A DNA stretch of 62,997 nucleotides, the filler included, from Choristocarpus tenellus KU-1152 (lineage: Eukaryota > Protista > Phaeophyceae): NCBI GenBank assembly GCA_964200185.2. It is 12 parts of 12 records of this genome, joined end to end, with 100 filler letters (N's around TTAATTAATTAA, not from the genome) between each part and the next. Parts side by side here need not be neighbours in the genome. Positions count along the whole stretch, not along the records: positions 11,063 to 15,551 come from CAXNAD020014327.1; positions 15,652 to 18,596 come from CAXNAD020023466.1; positions 18,697 to 31,096 come from CAXNAD020001850.1; 9 more parts are not named here. One strand, 5' to 3'. A program made the position numbers and the translations under genes. Positions 12,063 to 23,003 of this stretch are shown here, piece after piece (position 1 is the first letter of the stretch; the number at the start of each line of letters is the position of its first letter). The notes under the pieces are model-generated. The model did not search any database and was not told the DNA's origin. It worked only from the letters and a program-made list of their open reading frames with translations.

Positions 12063-13763
12063 CTCCCTCTATCCCATAGGTCTGGGCCGTTAAGTTGTAG
12101 CTCTTCGGGATGACCTCCGGTTACAAAATGAACTTTTGCGTTGGGTTCCTTGGAATATTTTACATTATAATACTCTGTCTCACCTTTATTTGACACCATC
12201 AACTCACCAATCCAGGGCCGCTGCGGAGGCTGCTTGGTCTACTTAACTCATCTAGCCAACCTGCCCTCCCGCTGCCTTTTTTTTGTTCACGTGTGCTCTA
12301 CCTCGAAATCGTCCCCCCCCAGCGCCCTTAACACCTGATTGTACCTCTTAAATACTCTACCACACCATCTCGAGCACGTCTGTGTTGTACGGGTAGAACA
12401 TACTTGAAACCCCTTCTACAAGCTCATCAACGATGCTGCAACACTCTGCTCAAACCCTGCTACTCAGAGATGCAACCCCCCCCAAATCATTGATGTTGAG
12501 ATCCCGTGACTGTGCTGGCTCTGTCACGACCTCAATGTTCCATCCCTATTTCATCCCTGCTGCATTCAGCGTCTACACTGTGCCTTTGCTCGTTTGTTGG
12601 GTTGCGCCGTCCTGCTCTATGGAGTTCCCCCCCAATTCCAGCCACAGGAGTTTTCCCTTGATCACTGGCAACAGCTGCTCCATATACCACTGCAGGTACC
12701 ACTTGGTGTCGACTATGATGTTGACCTTGTACTCCTCACCCTTCGTGTGCTGCGCTGTAGTCCGTTGCACCTCCCTCGTGTCACAGACCCGCCATATCCC
12801 GATCTTGACGTCAAAATCATGGGAAAGATCCAGGCGCGAAACGGTGGAGATGAATATCACTTTGGGAATGTGACTCTTGTGCTGCACCTTCATCAATCAA
12901 GCCCACCTTTTCCTCCCCCGGGAACATGCGCACCATCTCTTGTTTGTGGATGAGGTAGAGCCACGCCTTGTTGATGTGAATGGTGTTGAGGCGAGTCCTG
13001 TAGGTTTTAGTGGTTATGGGAGATCTGGTAGAGGATGAAGTCCACCCTATTCTTTGGAGTGAGAAAATGAAAGGCTAGGGATGATGTACCGCTGAGCCCT
13101 TGTTGCCTCCATGACTTCAAGTTGCTGACTGCAAGGTCTGCTTCGGCGAGCTTGGCGAAAAGTTGGTAGATAGTCTGCGTGTGATTACTGGCATTGATTT
13201 CCAAGATCATCGCTTTTTTCATTGGTGTAAGGTCTGACGGCCATCCACATAGTGCTTGTGATTCCAGGGAGAAGGTATTCCCCCTGTCCAACTGTTCTGT
13301 GATGCACGCCGACACCTGCCTAGGGTGTCTCTCTCCCACTCTAAACTCTTTCACCAATATAGATCCCACACCCCTCGGGAGCCTCTTGTGATTCGGAGGA
13401 AGAGCTAATGCACAACGCAGAGGAAATGCGGTCCGATCTTCCTTGATCAGTTTGCAGTTCTTTCCCTAAGACGGTGGGCTTCGTGCCGGGGACGACAGGC
13501 TGTGGGGGCTCGCCAAGGGGGTTGTGAGAATGTTATGTGGCCCCACACTGCAACAGGAACATTAAAAAATGATCAGAATATGCCCCATTCTGGGTTCCAT
13601 CCTTTCGGAACCATTTTAGAACAGAATTCTTTGTTGAATTCTTTGAAATTTAGTCTTTTTAATGTAAAATATTCCAAGGAATTCAACGCAGACGTCCGTT
13701 TTGTAATCGGATGTCATCCGGGAGAGCTACAACTTAACGGCCCAGACTTGTGGGCAGAGGGAG
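12063..13763 (-). mobile_element. Tc1/mariner DNA transposon (DD39D, plant/oomycete-type), full length, inactive
   Basis: About 105-bp TIRs (12063-12167, 13660-13763) starting CTCCCTC; TA at left flank, CA at right; internal minus-strand transposase remnants. Confidence 0.88.
12230..13369 (-). pseudogene. Mariner transposase pseudogene
   Basis: IHINKAWLY (degenerate HIDEKWFY), HKSHIPKVIF...FDVKIGIW, EQDGA, EPAQSRDLNINDLG; frameshifts and first catalytic Asp mutated. Confidence 0.85.
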
Positions 13764-15699
13764 CATGAAAACCGGCGAGGTACGATTCCGTATGCTGCAA
13801 AGGTAAGTTAGAACAAAATCTGACCTCATAGTTCACCACACCAAAAAAAACGTCAGTAATCCTATCCATTAGGAAAGCTACCCTTTACTATTACTGTGCT
13901 AAACAATGTACAGTCAAGTGACTCTAAACATGCCTTCTCCACACAGGGAATGCAAAGGAATGAACCATCAATACTCAATATATTCCAAAATATCGCTCTT
14001 TTTCCCCAAGGAGCGATCTGCGTACCTTTTCTACCTCCGATGCTTGTGCGACGCTCATGCGCTTGTGCAAGTCGACTGCCATCTTTTCCACTTCATGGGC
14101 AGACAGACCACGGAGGAGGGTGATATGAAAGCTACGCTGGGAAAGGGTGTACTCAATCTCACCACAAAGTTGAAGCCTTGGCAGTCAGTTGCAACAGATT
14201 TAGAGAGTCAGCACAAGTTAAGGTCATGGCATATGTCAAAGAGGGCAGCAAGGGGAAGGGATTACGCTGGAGTTTGAGCACCAATAAAATATGCAATGGA
14301 AATAATGTTAGTAAAATAATGATGTACTATCTTGTATTGCACTTCAAAATACACGAGAGAGGAATGAGCACCAGTACAGGTTAGGAATAAGGTACTCCTA
14401 GGACGAAACAAGAGCTATGTTCATGAGGTACCATGGAAATAACTGTCATGTTGATGGATGACTATGATTGGGGTTCCGGTACCAAATATGAGGAAAAATC
14501 AAAAGTACTTTTTTTTCTCCACTTCCGCCTCGGGACATTACAACTACAGATATTACTACTATTAACCCCCACTGCAAAAGGAACCGAGTAAAACACCTTG
14601 AGAATCTTTGAGTCTAAACAAAAATAGCCATGTACCCAATCATCAGACTCCACAGGTGTAACTGCCATTCTATGCACTAGAAGTAATCCCGACTCTTGGA
14701 TTTCCCACCTTCTCAGCTCTCGAACAACACCTATTGTTGTCCACCCAAGGCCCTCGGCCAGGGCCACTAGACTGAGCTTTGCGGACCCATGCCCATAGCT
14801 GTACCTGCAGGGGGAAAAAAGGATATGGGTCTTCCCCTTCCAAGACAACCTCCTAATAACATCAGTGGAGATCCAATAATAATACAGTACATTAGTATAT
14901 ACTGATGGTAGATTGGCATAAAGGGGGGCAGGTGCATTGTACCCAATAAGCAGGAGGCGAGGAATGTTGGAATACTTGAAGGAGGGGGAAGAGGAAGACA
15001 AGTAGCCATGCAACATTTCCTACACAATTTCCTGCGCCTGTGCACTGTAATGGTCAATCACAGAGGTAAGCTAAGCAACTACAACTCTTCTGACAACCTC
15101 CAATTTCCTGAGGGAAATTATTGCCATGGCTTGTCAAAATCTTTGACTAGTACCTCCTGCTTACAACCAACAAGGTGATACTACGGTAAGGTGTGGCTCA
15201 GACTAAGGTTCGAAGCTAGGGTATGTTGTACGAATACACACATCCTGTTGGCTCATTGCCAAATGTAGATAATCTAATTGTTGTAAATGTGCATGTAATG
15301 CTTTGTACACTTTGGATGCATGTTCCGTACTCCATCAATCTTGACACAATTTTAGACGGGTTACAATATATCTGTCTTTTTCATGAACTACAACAAGTCC
15401 TTGAACACCACAGAAGCTTGAAACCCCCACCACCGGAGGACCACATACATATACAAGCACACCGGCATAACAAAATTACCCAAATGCAACTAACATCCTT
15501 TGGCAAGGTCACTAGTCAACGTGGGGGCTCCCTCCTCCCCATGCTTCAACTNNNNNNNNNNNNNNNNNNNNNNNNNNNNNNNNNNNNNNNNNNNNTTAAT
15601 TAATTAANNNNNNNNNNNNNNNNNNNNNNNNNNNNNNNNNNNNNNNNNNNNACCAAGCAATCTCGCCGGGTTTATCACCTTTATCCTCTTTGATGATTT

Positions 15700-16800
15700 T
15701 GGGGATACTTTAACAAAATCCCATTCTAAGCTCAAGGTGTTGTTCCTTTTTAGGGAAGATCTCGGCAGAATGTCTTCTTACGGCATGAATGTTGTTTTGA
15801 TTGAGGTAATTCCAGGGATTACTCAGGCTGTGACTTTTACGTTGTATGCCTTCCACATTTGGAATTCTTCCACATAATGTGGAAATGTTCTCTTTCAACA
15901 ATTTGTGTAAAAGCCTTACTTTCAAAATCAATTCAGAGTGATAGTGATAGCATGTTAGAGAGGGGTGGTGCTGAGTATGAAGGACCCTGCGGCGGCACTT
16001 TTTTTTTAGCGCCACAGAGGACACTTTTGGCTCACAATTTGTTCACAGCTAGTCTTCTGCAGCAACACCCTACTAAGGGGCGGGTGGGTTAATTGCATTT
16101 CAGGCATGATCACAATGCATATTGTACTAGGTTCAAAAGGGTCTAAATTGATTCCCCGATTGGACGATTTCACTCTGAGGCACACCTTCAGAATCATTTG
16201 TTGGCATACAGTACCTGTTGTCCTCGTCTCTGTTAATATCTTCCGAGACATTTAAATTTACATCTCCAGTATGTATGTGTTTAGATCTATCTGTTACGGT
16301 GCTTCTTTACCGCTTTTGCTAACCAGAAAAAGTATATGAAAAAGCATGAGGAAATACATGCACTCCCATCTGCTTGCTGTGGGGAGTTAGTAGCTCACTG
16401 GGAGCAAGTTTTCTTCATGTGGTATTATCAGCAGTTACAAGGATAAGCCAAGTAAAGACGTGGTAAATCTCCTTCAGTTTTAGGATGAACAAATAGTCTT
16501 GATTCCCTGAGTACAATCAGCATTCCACACCTACCACTCCTCCTAACTCTATTACTATAGTATCACTTAAAAAATGATACCGCGTTTTTCACGATGGAAT
16601 AATTGGTGTGTTAGCTTCCAGAGAGCTACTCCCATCCTCTCCTCATCTGTATTTAATACGATATTAGAGTTCATTGCAGTATGACCCATTTCCAAAAGCT
16701 GAGGTCAGATCCTGCTTCTTCACAACAAGACAGATTCCTACTGGAATAAAATGATCCACCTCAACATTTTGGGAGCTATGATGCACCTTGAAGGTTAATT
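15700..16800 (-). pseudogene. Possible Helitron Rep-domain relic
   Basis: Minus strand QHSCRKKTFCRDLP (about 15750-15795) resembles the H-x-C-x-K...CRFxFP motif of Helitron Rep; the rest is full of stops. Confidence 0.25.
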
Positions 16801-16992
16801 CAATCACTGGGGCTTGACTCTGTATGCATTAAAAGTGTATTAGAATGTAGTAATACTTCTAATTTTTAAATGTACAAAGTCATGCCCCAGAGTTGGGTTG
16901 TAAACTGTTGCCTGCCAGTACAAATACCTCTACATGGAAAGTATATTATAATATAACATTATGTATGCCCACATACAAACGTTTAATTAAGT

Positions 16993-17252
16993 GGGTCAAA
17001 GTAAGCGAGAGGTACCCAGATTTGTGCTTTTGAGGATGTCTGCAAATATGTTCAGAATTTGACTTTTTTTAATCAAATGTGCGTAGAATGTTTTCGGAAT
17101 GATGTCGAAATGGTTCAAGCAATGAAGAAATAAACCCTCAAGTCAAACTTAGCACTCCATCCATAGAAATATGGGTGAATTCCAAAAGATTGAAAAGCTG
17201 GCTTAACATATAAAACAGTCAAAAACTGGTTACATTTAGTTTACTTTGACTT
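16993..17252 (+). mobile_element. MITE family 3 (Sola-like termini); other copies at about 59330-59588 (+) and 61084-61345 (-)
   Basis: TIR G(A/G)GTCAAAGTAA.CGAGAGGTACCCAG; internal CATCCATAGAAATATGGG.GAAT shared between about 17158 and 59494; reverse copy at 61084. Confidence 0.7.
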
Positions 17253-17716
17253 AGTGTAGTAAGTAGGCAGACATGCTGTATTTGCTCATCAACCTCCAGG
17301 ACTACTACTGTATAATGATGTCGTTTCCCCTTCTGATTTTACGCATGAATAAAAAGAAATTAGGGTGAAAGATGAGATTTTGATACCTATAGTAATTTGG
17401 GGTAGATTGAAAAAAAAACATTGGGCAATAGTTCTGATAATATATAGGGGGAGAAGAGTACTGTCGTCAGAACCATAGTATTCTAGAAGGGGGTTGATTT
17501 AGGTCTCTATTGCTGTTGAGGGGTATGTAGTACTTGGGACCTATAGATGGAATTTGGCAGCGAGTGTCTACTCCTGGGAATGATAAATATTACTTTTTGT
17601 AGACATTCTACTGTTAACAGTCGATCATCAAAATTGAGGATGGAGCTTTTATGGAGGATGAGTTTGACCCAAAATGGTGCGCGAAAAGTGCCCATATGTT
17701 TTCTTTNNNNNNNNNN

Positions 17717-18467
17717 AGTGTGTGGGGGGCGACAATGATTTTGTTTGATTGCCGTGTACATGATTTCGTTGAATGCTGTAAGCGTGGCAGTGCAGTGGGC
17801 AAACGGGGTAAGGGGTAGGTGGGAAGCAGTCGCGGGACACACGCGGCAGGCAGTAGTGAGCAACATGTTGCTGCTGACAGAAAGACCACGAAGGATAAAA
17901 AAGATCAACGAAAAGATCAACAACGGACTGACTGACGATGAACCAAACAAAGGAAACACGGCAACAACTTGGTAGATCAGAAGAGTCATCAGGCGATCAT
18001 GGAACAACGACAACACTCCATCACCCACCGTTGACAATTAGCCTCTCTTCTGCTTGGTTGAACTCCATGTAGACCCGCATCATGAAAGCGTGTTCGGGAT
18101 CAAACTCTCTCTTCAACACTGTTATTCTATGGTTTCCGTCCAGTATTCGTCCTTGAACGGTAAGCGCAGTGTCGGCGGTGAGCTGGTCCCCGTTGCCTAA
18201 GCAGTCTCGTTGGATGACGATGGACGGAGCAAACTGCTCGAGCCAGCCTTTTTCACGAATAGACTTGCTGACGCACGCAAGGCCACGCTCGCTCAGGGGA
18301 TGCACCATTTCCGTGCATGTGATGTTGCCAAGTTTCATCTTGTACATGCCAAGGTAGTGATGTTCGAGGAGCGAGGACATGTCCTTGGCATTGCTGTCCA
18401 ACGCTCTCGATCTGTGGGCAGCGCCATCGGCGCGCAGGGGGGTCATTGTTGAGCGAATGTTGGACAT
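17717..18467 (-). CDS. ParB/Sulfiredoxin-like N-terminal domain protein, spliced, 3' truncated by a gap (exon 1 18467-18029, exon 2 from 17775)
   Basis: SKSIREKGWLEQFAPSIVI...GRILDGNHRITVLK matches the ParB/Srx SI..G...P..V / DGxHR pattern; GT-AG intron 18028-17776 continues in frame (ERLIVN-AFNEIMYTAIKQ). Confidence 0.7.
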
Positions 18468-18736
18468 GGCGAAGATTGGGAAGGTTTGACGGGGATAGAT
18501 AAGAAAGAGCTGCTGGTGGTATGTGCGGAAGGGAAGGAATGGAAATGAGGAGTGAGGGCTGGGAGGTGCTGCTTTATTTCATCTGGTCGGTCGGTGNNNN
18601 NNNNNNNNNNNNNNNNNNNNNNNNNNNNNNNNNNNNNNNNTTAATTAATTAANNNNNNNNNNNNNNNNNNNNNNNNNNNNNNNNNNNNNNNNNNNNCCGA
18701 ATGTGGTGCGGCGGGGTGGTGGGGGGGGGGGGGGGG

Positions 18737-18900
18737 GGGGGGGTGGGGGGTCTACACCAGAGTGTCCATATGGGGCAAAACCTGGAAAAGTGCACTTTCA
18801 TTATCCATCCAACGAAAGGAACCAAATCACCCAAAACTCGAAACATGGATAAATTGACCCCAAATGGACAGCCGCCACCCCCTGCCAGATTCTTTGAGCC
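18737..18900 (+). mobile_element. MITE family 2; other copies at 38898-39075 (full), 1-19, 57783-57853 and 57856-57950 (partial, the last two reverse)
   Basis: Shared GTCTACA.CAG.GTGTCCAT, TGCACTT.CATTATC and GGACAGCCGC.ACCCCCT.CCAGAT.CTT.GAGC; TIR GGCTCAAATTATCTG / CAGATACTTCGAGCT at 38898/39075. Confidence 0.75.
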
Positions 18901-18949
18901 TCTTGTGATAATTCACTCTTCCACATAATAAAAATCTTGAGTCACAGTC

Positions 18950-21100
18950 AAGCAATGAAATGCCTTGACTCAAACAAAACAATATGTATGTGTTCTACAT
19001 TATACATGCATACACCAAGAAATTGGAGTATAGACCAACATGTACACATGTGTGAATGCTTCCAGCCAAACAATTCAGGTACAACCAATCAAGGTCAAAC
19101 TCCTTGCACTAGTAGTACTTCATGTGCATGTAGTAGCTTACTAGAACCAACCAGAGACAATGATGATCTAATCCCTTGAGTGAGGTACTTGGGGCACTCT
19201 AGATTAATCTACAGTACACGATTAGGCTAACTCATCTATCTATAGTGACGTATTGTGGGCATACTTCTTGGATTCATCATCGAATCTCCACTCACTACTG
19301 CTCTATATATCCCTTGTTACTGTACCACACCCAGTACTCAAAACAATACATTTCCACCACAAAGTACTCTAGAAAGAAAGTGCAATGCTATGAGGATTCT
19401 ACAGTGCAGGAATGCAAGCAATATGTGAGTGAGCATATCCTTGCTTCACCATAACCTGTAATCCACAGTGCTCCTTTCTGCTTTACACCTCCCCTACTCT
19501 CTCCAATATATATGCCAGCATACGATGCTGATACAAACATAACCCATACATCCCTGTCATCTTCTCACTAATCCATAGAACAATCCTACCGATTTTAGCT
19601 GCATGATACCTAATACTAACCCCACAACCATCTTGATGCAAGCACTCTTCTAAGCTACCACTTGAGTCAGTCTTTCGCTCCAAACCATCAATTATTGGCA
19701 TGGAACTGCACTTCACAGCAATATTTTCCACAAAGATCCTAAGGCCGGTGGCGGAGAATGGGGGGAAGGTATGCTTCACTGGCAAGCCTTCTGTCCGCTA
19801 TCTTCTGCCCAGTGGTCCAAAGCCATTACTGCAGTCTCAATATCCTTTGGTAGTTGGGGGAAACATCCTACACACCCCTTCACTGCCCAACAGTTTATGT
19901 ATTGACTACATCATTACAGATAAGCTCAAGACAATCATGCTACAGCTCTTGGATATGGGTATCCATCCATAAGTCACCGCTAGAGTTCGATACAAACTGC
20001 AATCCATATGTTTCCTAGACTGATCCAATGTGCATGGTACTACTGTGCTCTAGTCCAAAACTTGATTCCCAGGAGTGTGTCTTTGATCTTGTGAGTAGGC
20101 AATCATAGGAGGTCTATACCTGGAGTCCTATAGATGTTCCAGGAGTATGATCACATGCACTAATATCACATTCCTGAGCTCACTGGACCATGGAAAGTAT
20201 ACTTCTGGTGTACAGAAAAACGAATCACTTGGAATCCTTCTTCTCATGGGACTTGGAACTTGCTCTTTTGATTCCTGCTTATCATAGGTTAACCACAGCA
20301 ACATCGTTGATCCCCACAAACCCAAAACATACAAATAGAAAAATATCCCAACTGAGACTAGAGTATAGGCGTATGAACCCTTCTATTAACATGGGCTGGG
20401 CACATCAGCCTACCAGAGTCTGTTTTGGTAGCACTCTACCTCCACCTTGGGGTTGACTTTTGTGTCTCCGTCGACATCTTTGACCTGAGAATTCATGGGG
20501 GATACACAAAGAGTGATTACCTAAGATATTAATCTATAGTAGGATACCTTGGTCAAAGCACAATATTTTAGACTCCATAATGTAATAAACAGGATTAAGT
20601 GCACCTCCACGCAGAAGTATATCATCATCCAGATCATGCAGCCCTAAAGTTCTTGCGGAGTACAGGGGACTGGCAAGCAGAACTAGGAATAGATCAAACA
20701 CACATTTGGGGGATTCTCAACATAGAGATAGATACTTCTATCATATTTAGGTATTCCAGCATGTATTATATGAAACCTATTGCTGTGAACAAACATTGGT
20801 TTAAATTAGTAGCACCCAATTCTTCTTGATGCTCTTGTGGAAAATAAGACACTAATAGTTGGTTGTCAAACACGCCACTCTCTATGCAAAACCCTCAAAA
20901 TCACTGGATTGGCACTTTGTGGGAATTTCATATGATGCGGTATATGAAACCCACCTACCATTGGGGTAACCTTTATGCCTTGTGGAACTATGTGAGCTTG
21001 GTTAATCACAGGCAACCCAGCACAGATATCCACAATGAACACCCCCCAAACCTCTTTCTGCACTAGTACCTTTTCTTCTAGAAATAGTTGGAAAGTCACA
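18950..21100 (-). pseudogene. Possible KDZ (Kyakuja-Dileera-Zisupton) transposase relic
   Basis: Broken minus-strand frames ESGVFDNQLLVS, LRKNFRAA, SEKMTGMYGLC, MPTIRHY...INLECPKY occur in the order expected for CxC plus KDZ domains; many stops. Confidence 0.3.
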
Positions 21101-21845
21101 ATGAAATAAATAATGCATGTGAATATAATGTAAGATGTATGTAGGATCATCTACAAAAATGCAAAAAATTTCGAGGTCAGCAGGTTGAAGCTTTTAAAAT
21201 TGTCATTTATCACATATTTCCTATTCAATTTGTATCAAACAAAATGTTACAGAATGTAAGAAACTGTAGAGATATTAATCAAACAATATATCGATCAGAT
21301 CCATACCAGTTAAAGCTCTCTAGGCACAATTCTGAGCCTTGAACGCAATTGATATGCAAAAATACCAATGCAAGCTGACTGCCAAGACTGTAAGTCACAA
21401 ATACTGCATATTGTACATGGCTTACAGTACGGTAGGGAAAAGAAGAAATGTACCTTGTGCGCTGGGACACTGTGGTGCGACCCTTTTCTGTTGACTCCTC
21501 TGATCCAAGTGTCATGTGGACACCCTTGGCAACCCTGGAAAAAAAAGGTTACCAACAATGAATGTGGAACTTGATTTTATTGAGATGAAAATGATGTTTT
21601 GCTGGTATTCGTATTGAAAATGGCATAAACTAAGAGGAGTGACATAATAACCAAATACGATAATAGCTCTCTTCAAATCGAAAGAAACACTCTGTGGAGC
21701 ACTATTAGTTCATGGTCAGATACCACACAGCATCATTTACGAGTCCATGGCTTTTCCCCCCACAAAACAACACTCTACATGGTATATACCTCATATGGTG
21801 AGAAAAGAAGGAGATAACGAACATGTTCTCAGAAACTACATTATC

Positions 21846-23003
21846 TTACCTCCCAGTTGAAACTGGTACCCTGGACTCTCCCCCTGCCCCCCTTCCCACC
21901 CTCCTACTGGACCTTCCAACCCACTCAGGCTCCTCCACACAACTGCGGCCACCTCTGGAGGTTCCCCCAGAAACACAGACCATGCCCCTCTGCCCACCCC
22001 TCCCCGCATTGGTCTTCTCAGACGGCTCCACTGACTCTGGGTCACGCACAGATTCTATATCAGAAATACGCCCCTTCCCTGTCTCCACCATTCTCATTTC
22101 ACCAACCTCGACACTGGGGGCATCCTCAGAGTTGCAGATGGTCCCCCTCTTGGTGTTCCTCCTCCTGTTGGACCTTCTGGGTACTGCCATCAATCCAGGG
22201 TCATTGCCAGAGGTCCCTTCAGTAGTATAACCCACCCCCATCTCCCTCTTGCTCCTCCCTGTGCCCTCAAGGATCCCGTAGGTATCCCCAGTGACGTGGG
22301 ACACCCCCTTCTTGGTTTTCGTATTGCTCTTGGCCCTCTCACAAACATCGTCAACACCATTCCTGGTCCCAGAGGTTGCACCCCCCCTGCCCCTGTTGTT
22401 CCTTTTTGTACCACCCCCCAGGACACTAGAGGCAGCCCCAGAGGTGCACACAGTCACTGTGGCAGTGTTACTCTGATCATTGGCCGTTTCCATCATCCCC
22501 AGCTGTCTAGGGGTGCTCCCAGAAGCAACATTAGAGGCTTGGGATCGAAGGACAGGTAGGCTATTTCTAGTGCATGTGCAGGAGTATCCAGAGGTAAGGA
22601 CTCGAAGCACTGCAGGACTGGTGCAGAACTCAACCCTGGAAGACTTTCTCACTCCAGACGAGGACAGAGGCTTGATGGAGGAGGGGAAACCGGAGGCACT
22701 CTCAGAAAGACGAGATTTCAAGACAGCTGGACTGGAATAGTGTTTGGTGGTACAAGCTCCAGAAAATGGTATCTCCAGCTGAACAGGCATTGTCAGCATG
22801 TTAGCAGGGCTGTTCTTGCTCTGGTTCCCCTGACCTTGTCCTGACTTGGAACTGTCCCAAGTGCCATTGAGAACCATCCCCAGAGGGGTGAGGGGCTTGG
22901 GTGCAGTCTTCTTGTCAGTCTGAGGGACCAACTTCTCAACATTACCAGTCCTCTTCACACCCAGTCTCTGAGAGGTAGGGGTCTGTAACATTACATTACC
23001 CAA
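21846..23003 (-). CDS. Low-complexity Ser/Gly/Arg-rich ORF, probably an exon of a transposon-associated gene
   Basis: 385 codons open, no recognisable domain; lies on the same strand, upstream of a Cys-rich fragment (about 21690-21790) and the putative KDZ relic; coiled-coil-like ORF at 23651-23950. Confidence 0.35.
   Translation of the reverse strand: MGNVMLQTPTSQRLGVKRTGNVEKLVPQTDKKTAPKPLTPLGMVLNGTWDSSKSGQGQGNQSKNSPANMLTMPVQLEIPFSGACTTKHYSSPAVLKSRLSESASGFPSSIKPLSSSGVRKSSRVEFCTSPAVLRVLTSGYSCTCTRNSLPVLRSQASNVASGSTPRQLGMMETANDQSNTATVTVCTSGAASSVLGGGTKRNNRGRGGATSGTRNGVDDVCERAKSNTKTKKGVSHVTGDTYGILEGTGRSKREMGVGYTTEGTSGNDPGLMAVPRRSNRRRNTKRGTICNSEDAPSVEVGEMRMVETGKGRISDIESVRDPESVEPSEKTNAGRGGQRGMVCVSGGTSRGGRSCVEEPEWVGRSSRRVGRGAGGESRVPVSTGR

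Noticed and set aside
14462-15016. 184-aa minus-strand ORF with a possible exon starting about 14806 (YSYGHGSAKLSLVALAEGLGW...), vaguely like a RecQ4 C-terminal region
   Set aside because: No diagnostic motif or consistent neighbouring exons; cannot be supported without a search.
10921-17705. Shared motif AAAATTGAGGATGGAGCTTTT at about 10937 and 17630
   Set aside because: A dispersed repeat end truncated by gaps in both places; too short to classify.
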